Virus record (IMG/VR): IMGVR_UViG_3300023174_000067
Location: 32,001-96,000 of that record
Strand: one strand, 5' to 3'
DNA: 64,000 nt
DNA from: a virus
Made by a program: the position numbers and the translations under genes. The notes beneath the pieces were generated by a model. The model had not been told where the DNA came from, did no database searches, and saw nothing but the letters and a program-made list of their open reading frames with translations. Of this stretch, positions 58,978 through 64,000 are shown in pieces (positions within the stretch are counted from its first letter, which is position 1; every line of letters starts with the position of its first letter).

Positions 58978-61458
58978 TTAATTTTTTTTTCTTATAACAC
59001 TGGTTACACTCCAATCAGGACTACTTTGATATATTTGAATGCTTTCAATATTTTCATTTAAGTATTCCATCTCTTCTTGGGTCATGTAGTCCGAGTAAAT
59101 TTTACCTGTTTTAATAAAATCTTGTAACATTGTTAATGTTATTGTTTTTTCTCGGTCACCCCAATTAGTCCAATGGTTTGGTTTATTCATCAACTCTATT
59201 GAAGTATGAAGGTCTTCTAAAACGTATATACCTCCTGGTTTAACACTTTTAAATAATTTTGCTAAAGTAATTTGTTGGTCTCTCATTATATGAGAACCGT
59301 CATCCATAATGACATCAACAGATGGGTATTGATTACTTAATTTAATTAAATCCTCTTCTTTTGATTGGTCTCCGTCAATAAACGTCATTCGGTGTCTTGG
59401 GGTATCTCCTAATTTGTCTAAACTATAGGGTAGGTTATATTCAACACCAACAATTTCCGCATTTATAAAATAATCTCTCCATAGTTTTATTGATTCGCAA
59501 TCGTATATACCTATTTCCATGAAAATTTTACATTCTTCGCGAATTGGTTTAAAAAGGTCGTTATATATTAATTCAAAATATCTGTGACCATGGTGTTTAT
59601 CCGTTGCATAATATTGTACAATATCTAATAATTGTTCACCTTTAGGTATTGGAATATTAAATAAATTATAATATGCCATATCGATAGTTCTATTTAATAG
59701 ATTTCCATAAGAAAAGGCGTGAAAAATAAAATTTTTATTTACGGTATCTTTAAAATATCTACCGTTTAAAACTTTATTATCAATTACTTTTATTTTATCA
59801 CTAACACCAATTTCATTTTTTAATAAGTGAGAAAAACAAGTTTGGTCGTGCCATAAACCATTTTCATAAAATCCTTTTTGTAATGGACTACCTCCTTCTA
59901 ATTCATCACACACATCATACCATCTTTGTAAAAACCATCTAACCCATTCTGTGTTTTTTATTAGTATGACGCCAGCATTCATTGCACTTGGACCATAATC
60001 TTCAGTCACAACAATATCTTTTCCTTCAATAATAAAATCTTCAATATGATAAGAATTATCAACAACAATTGCATCGGCATCTAAGAATAATACATAATCA
60101 GGAGAATGGGTATTTAACACATCAAGAAGAAGATGTGGTTTATACCAAGTAAATGCCCTTCTACCTATTTTTTCTCTAATTTTATTACCATCGTTCTCAA
60201 CATGATAAATGTAGTTTTTTTCATTACAATATTTTTCATTTATTGATTTGGTATATTTTGAATATGAAACATTATCGGTCCAAAATTGTGATAACACTAT
60301 TTTTTTATTATCATTCATTTGTTTTTTTTCTATTTTAACTTCTTGATTATTTTTTTTTGTTGTTTTAATAAAAAACCCATTTTCAGTTTTAACATATTCA
60401 TTTTGTAAATCAAAATAATTTGTTTCATTGATTATTGTCAAATAATCAAAAATTTCTGATTGGAGTTCATTCTTATCTTTATAAAAAAAGTAAATAAACC
60501 CACCATCATTAACACTATCGATATATTTGATAAATGCATTTTTTTCATGTGTTTTATTGAAATCAAATTTTGTATTGTAAAAAACTAATTCGTTTATTGA
60601 ATTTTTGGCAAATGGACATTCAGCCGTAACAGCATAGTGATTTCTGGCAACAGTACCATAATGCTCCCAATTAAACATATCTTTATCCATAGAATAAAAA
60701 ATCGGGGTTCTCACAAAATCGCTATCCCAAGTATTAACTATTAATGGAGTTCCATAGTCTAATGGATAGTTTAATATCACCTTCCTTTTTATAGGATTAT
60801 TATCATAATAATAAGAGATAATATCATCAACAAAGTATTGTCTTTTACCGTTAGTATAGTGAATAGAAAAATAATCTTCACTAACTATATATTGATGACA
60901 TAATAAATTAGATGTTTTTCTTTTGTACGGATGTTTGTCAAAAAATTTCCAAAGAGTAACATCTTCAATAAAAATATTTTCGACATTAACATCGTTAATT
61001 AAATCTTCACAAACTTTTTTTGACATGAAGACACCAGCACCTCCTCCATGAGAATGTACGACATCATATCCATTTATTTCTTCTATCATTTTATCAAGAG
61101 CGAATGAGTTAATATAAGAACCATCATCAGTTCTAAAAATATAATCAAATTCTTTATTTTTTAGACACCAATCTACCGCCTCTTTTAATCTTTCATACAT
61201 TAATGAGCCAATACCTTCATCTTTTAATGAATGATAATCATAACTTTCATTAGATATTAAATGGAGTATTTTATTTTTTTCATCATAACTTTGAGTATCG
61301 TTATTACCGTCAAAAAATATAACTTCATGACCCATTTTTTCTATTCTTGGCACCCAAGTCTCCATACAAGACATTTTACGAGTTAAGTCAGCTCTATCAA
61401 TTCTTATTCCGTGCCCATCATATTTGTGTGAGGTAAACCCCAAAAAAAGTATTTTCAT
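58978..61458 (-). CDS. Multidomain enzyme: GT31-like + GT34-like + sugar O-methyltransferase
   Basis: ETW, FRTDDGSYIN, GGGAG, EDV; WYKP, LFLDADA, MNAGV, HDQ; TDK..H.Y, MEIGI, GDQS, DDGSH, PGGIYVLEDL. Confidence 0.75.
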   Translation of the reverse strand: MKILFLGFTSHKYDGHGIRIDRADLTRKMSCMETWVPRIEKMGHEVIFFDGNNDTQSYDEKNKILHLISNESYDYHSLKDEGIGSLMYERLKEAVDWCLKNKEFDYIFRTDDGSYINSFALDKMIEEINGYDVVHSHGGGAGVFMSKKVCEDLINDVNVENIFIEDVTLWKFFDKHPYKRKTSNLLCHQYIVSEDYFSIHYTNGKRQYFVDDIISYYYDNNPIKRKVILNYPLDYGTPLIVNTWDSDFVRTPIFYSMDKDMFNWEHYGTVARNHYAVTAECPFAKNSINELVFYNTKFDFNKTHEKNAFIKYIDSVNDGGFIYFFYKDKNELQSEIFDYLTIINETNYFDLQNEYVKTENGFFIKTTKKNNQEVKIEKKQMNDNKKIVLSQFWTDNVSYSKYTKSINEKYCNEKNYIYHVENDGNKIREKIGRRAFTWYKPHLLLDVLNTHSPDYVLFLDADAIVVDNSYHIEDFIIEGKDIVVTEDYGPSAMNAGVILIKNTEWVRWFLQRWYDVCDELEGGSPLQKGFYENGLWHDQTCFSHLLKNEIGVSDKIKVIDNKVLNGRYFKDTVNKNFIFHAFSYGNLLNRTIDMAYYNLFNIPIPKGEQLLDIVQYYATDKHHGHRYFELIYNDLFKPIREECKIFMEIGIYDCESIKLWRDYFINAEIVGVEYNLPYSLDKLGDTPRHRMTFIDGDQSKEEDLIKLSNQYPSVDVIMDDGSHIMRDQQITLAKLFKSVKPGGIYVLEDLHTSIELMNKPNHWTNWGDREKTITLTMLQDFIKTGKIYSDYMTQEEMEYLNENIESIQIYQSSPDWSVTSVIRKKN

Positions 61459-61473
61459 ATTTGTTGTGTTATT

Positions 61474-62727
61474 TTATAGATTACCTGTTATTCTTTCACA
61501 CCACCCTTTAGATTCAGAATGTGGCCATACCACCCAGTATGATGGTTTATGAGACGTTTGAAACTCTCTCCACACTTTACAATAACCATCAGGGTCTCTC
61601 ATCATCATTTCAATTTCATTTTTATCGGCATCTTTTCTGAATATTGTTTCATCATTACTGTCATGGAATGCAACTACCCAAAAATCATAATCTTTTTCAG
61701 GTACCTGAGTATATCCAATATCAATACAATGTTTGAAGATTTTTGCGAAACTTTTTCTCCATTCATCTTCATTTTCAAAATGATATGGATTTGGTGGATA
61801 TTGTTTATCTAATGTATATTGTTGTACTGACCTATCACTAAAAAGTAATCCACAATATTTTTCATAATCCATTAAAGTTCTTTCAGTACCAAACCCATAT
61901 ATTCCAAATTCTTTTGGGTCGTATGTTTCACCGTCCATACTAAATAATCTTCTATTTTTAGAATGTGCTCTTGAATTTTTTTCACCCCAAGTTTTATCAT
62001 CATCCCACTGCTTGGTTCTACCCTTACGAGTATATTCGTGCCAAATAACTGTTTTGTGAGGATGAAATAAATCATATCCATGTGTGTAGGCTCTTGCCGC
62101 AATTGATATTTCTTCCCCATGAAAATAAAATTCAGGGTCATGTTGAACTTCTTTAGAAAATTGACCAACAGTAAAACAAAAATGTGCGGAATAAAATCTT
62201 GATGGAATTGGTTCTTTTAAATCTTGCCAACCTGGTATAGTTTCAGGTAAAAAGAACACCGCTCCCTCGGGAATAAACCTATCAAACGACATTCTCCATG
62301 GGTCCCTAATTCTCATCATTGGGTCATTATCAGGGTCAAAAGAAGAAACATATCCAGTTAATAAAGGTTTTTTATATCCTTTCTTTTGTAGTTGTTTAAT
62401 CATATCGATTAAAGTCTTATCCCAATCTTTTTCAAATCTCATATGAGAATCAATTTGTAAGGTATATTCTTCTCCTTTATATAACTGTTGTGTTAAATTT
62501 CTAGCCCAACATACCCCGTTAGATTCGTTATATGGAATATTTAAAATACTAAATCTTTTATCTTTTTCATATTCAGATAAATTATCAAACCCATCCTCAG
62601 GATGGAATTGTCTTGCAATACCTAACCTTAAATTTTTTGGGTTTTTAGCATTTTCAATCATGCTTTGAATGGTGGGGATTAATTGTGGGTCACGATAGCT
62701 AGCAATTTGTACAAATATTCTATTCAT
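61474..62727 (-). CDS. GT60-like polypeptide/hydroxyproline alpha-GlcNAc transferase
   Basis: IFVQIASYRDP, GVCWAR, LQIDSHMRF..DWD, DP..YFHGEEI..AARAYTHGYDLF.P, WHEY.R. Confidence 0.85.
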   Translation of the reverse strand: MNRIFVQIASYRDPQLIPTIQSMIENAKNPKNLRLGIARQFHPEDGFDNLSEYEKDKRFSILNIPYNESNGVCWARNLTQQLYKGEEYTLQIDSHMRFEKDWDKTLIDMIKQLQKKGYKKPLLTGYVSSFDPDNDPMMRIRDPWRMSFDRFIPEGAVFFLPETIPGWQDLKEPIPSRFYSAHFCFTVGQFSKEVQHDPEFYFHGEEISIAARAYTHGYDLFHPHKTVIWHEYTRKGRTKQWDDDKTWGEKNSRAHSKNRRLFSMDGETYDPKEFGIYGFGTERTLMDYEKYCGLLFSDRSVQQYTLDKQYPPNPYHFENEDEWRKSFAKIFKHCIDIGYTQVPEKDYDFWVVAFHDSNDETIFRKDADKNEIEMMMRDPDGYCKVWREFQTSHKPSYWVVWPHSESKGWCERITGNL

Positions 62728-62793
62728 TATATTTTTTATTTAAACTAAAAATAAAAAATATGAAATAAAAGTAGAGACTTACTTAAAAAAAAA

Positions 62794-64000
62794 TTAACAA
62801 GGACCATTAGGTTCAATAGTTACATTACCTAAAGGTATAACTGTGTCATATAAAGCACAAACACTAACTAAACCATCAAAAGATGTTATTGAACTAGATT
62901 GAGTAACCCCATTACAATCAGTATATGAATATTCTTGAGCTAATTCTTCAGTCGTACTTAAAATATATTCAAAGCAAAACACGGTTAATGTTGGTGTCGG
63001 TGTTGGGAATGGGACACATGTTGAATCTGAACAGGTACCTATTAAACTAGTTATTCCACCTTCATCATCAAGTATACCTGAAGCACAGAACGTTGTTGAG
63101 CTTGATTCGGGTATTTCAATTGTAACAGATGAACCATCTGTACAATTTGCATATGTTACAAATGACGAATCAATATATATGTTTGTGGCGTTATAACAAT
63201 TACAAATAAGCGAATTTGTTGGTGTTACTGTTGGAGTTGGTGTGGGTGTCGGAGTTTCTGTTGATGTTGGTGTTGGGGTTTGACATGGAAATAAACCAAA
63301 ACAATCGGTACAGTCGTTAAATTTAACATTAATATTACCACGATAAGTAAGAGTGGTCGAAAGTGGTATAAGTGTATATCTAGCACATCCCTCAAAATTA
63401 CCAGGTGAAGAAACATAATAAGTTGCATCTTGTTCTGCACCTGATATTGGTGACCCACTTTCAATTTGAAAAATAAATTCAATCCCTGTACAACAGGAAC
63501 TAAACCCATAAGTACCGATAGTTGTTGTTGGTGTAGGTGTTTCAGTTGGGGTAGATGTTAATGTAGGTGTTGGTGTTAATGTTGGTGTTTCAGTTGGTGT
63601 AGGTGTTGGTGTTGGGGTTAAATCATAACAAGGTCCATCAACTGTAAAAGTAATTCCTGGGTCATAACTTTCAGAACCGATAAGTATACAAAGAGTTTTA
63701 GGGCCTGTTTCCTGACTAACTACATCATCACCTCCTGTTCCATCACAAAGAGTATAATCAAAAATTAAATCATTAACGTTTGTTGTCGAAAATGTACATT
63801 GTATACAACTTACTGTAGATGTCGGTGTAGGTGTTTCAGTTGGTATTAGTTCTACTGTCGGTGTAGGTGTTTCAGTTGGTATTAGTTCTACTGTTGGTGT
63901 AGGTGTTAATGTCGGTGTAGGTGTAGGTGTTTCAGTTGGTATTAGTTCTACTGTTGGTGTAGGTGTTAATGTCGGTGTAGGTGTAGGTGTTTCAGTTGGT
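62794..64000 (-). CDS. 3' part of a long mucin-like protein: Pro/Thr tracts alternating with small Cys-rich domains (start outside window)
   Basis: One open frame from 63999 to the stop at 62794 (PTETPTPTPTLTPTPTVELI...EPNGPC*); the track's 62-aa ORF is its C-terminus. Confidence 0.8.
   Translation of the reverse strand, partial: PTETPTPTPTLTPTPTVELIPTETPTPTPTLTPTPTVELIPTETPTPTVELIPTETPTPTSTVSCIQCTFSTTNVNDLIFDYTLCDGTGGDDVVSQETGPKTLCILIGSESYDPGITFTVDGPCYDLTPTPTPTPTETPTLTPTPTLTSTPTETPTPTTTIGTYGFSSCCTGIEFIFQIESGSPISGAEQDATYYVSSPGNFEGCARYTLIPLSTTLTYRGNINVKFNDCTDCFGLFPCQTPTPTSTETPTPTPTPTVTPTNSLICNCYNATNIYIDSSFVTYANCTDGSSVTIEIPESSSTTFCASGILDDEGGITSLIGTCSDSTCVPFPTPTPTLTVFCFEYILSTTEELAQEYSYTDCNGVTQSSSITSFDGLVSVCALYDTVIPLGNVTIEPNGPC
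63821..64000. repeat. Nested 36-bp and 60-bp tandem repeats encoding PTETPTPT...VELI
   Basis: 63881-63940 is identical to 63941-64000; gtcggtgtaggtgtttcagttggtattagttctact recurs with a 36-bp period. Confidence 0.9.

Noticed and set aside
55541-62727. Eukaryotic giant virus origin suggested by the eukaryote-like GTs and LCIB
   Set aside because: Contractile tail, baseplate and neck genes plus bacterial-type promoters and terminators identify a tailed phage
1374-63509. Many short ORF-track entries antisense to or out of frame within long genes (e.g. 3683..3880, 30277..30612, 49349..49714, 54479..54676, 63225..63509)
   Set aside because: Shadow ORFs nested in well-supported genes, with no motifs
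63821-64000. Direct repeats as a possible CRISPR array or DGR template/variable repeat
   Set aside because: In-frame PT-coding repeats without unique spacers; no cas or reverse transcriptase gene in the window
1-64000. Stop-codon reassignment, as in some huge phages
   Set aside because: Genes up to 2121 aa are intact in code 11 and coding density is high; TAG ends recA-like and SOD genes at sensible positions

Overview
AT-rich 64-kb fragment of a large, distantly T4-like myovirus (jumbo/huge-phage type) using genetic code 11; most genes lie on the minus strand. It carries neck, sheath, tube, tape-measure and baseplate genes. These are interleaved with replication genes: family B polymerase, gp41/DnaB helicase, 5'-3' exonuclease, RecA/UvsX, gp32-like SSB, SNF2 helicase and class II RNR. 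Family assignments are from motif recognition, not database searches. Main observations: (1) a five-gene eukaryote-style O-glycosylation cassette (GT60-like, GT31+GT34+methyltransferase, YxHTKG+lectin, GT6-like, HtrL+GT) sitting between two Pro/Thr mucin-like proteins, with a 2OG-Fe(II) oxygenase nearby; (2) an LCIB/theta-type carbonic anhydrase domain among fibre genes; (3) a probable +1 frameshift (UUC UUU CGG) making a G/GT-like tail chaperone; (4) a PlcP-like phosphoesterase plus glycosyltransferase pair; (5) a PAS-PAS-coiled-coil-2TM protein with no output domain; (6) two promoter classes, TTGAC-N17-TATAyT and TATTTAT, with no Shine-Dalgarno signals. No tRNA, rRNA, CRISPR array, intein or IS element was recognised.
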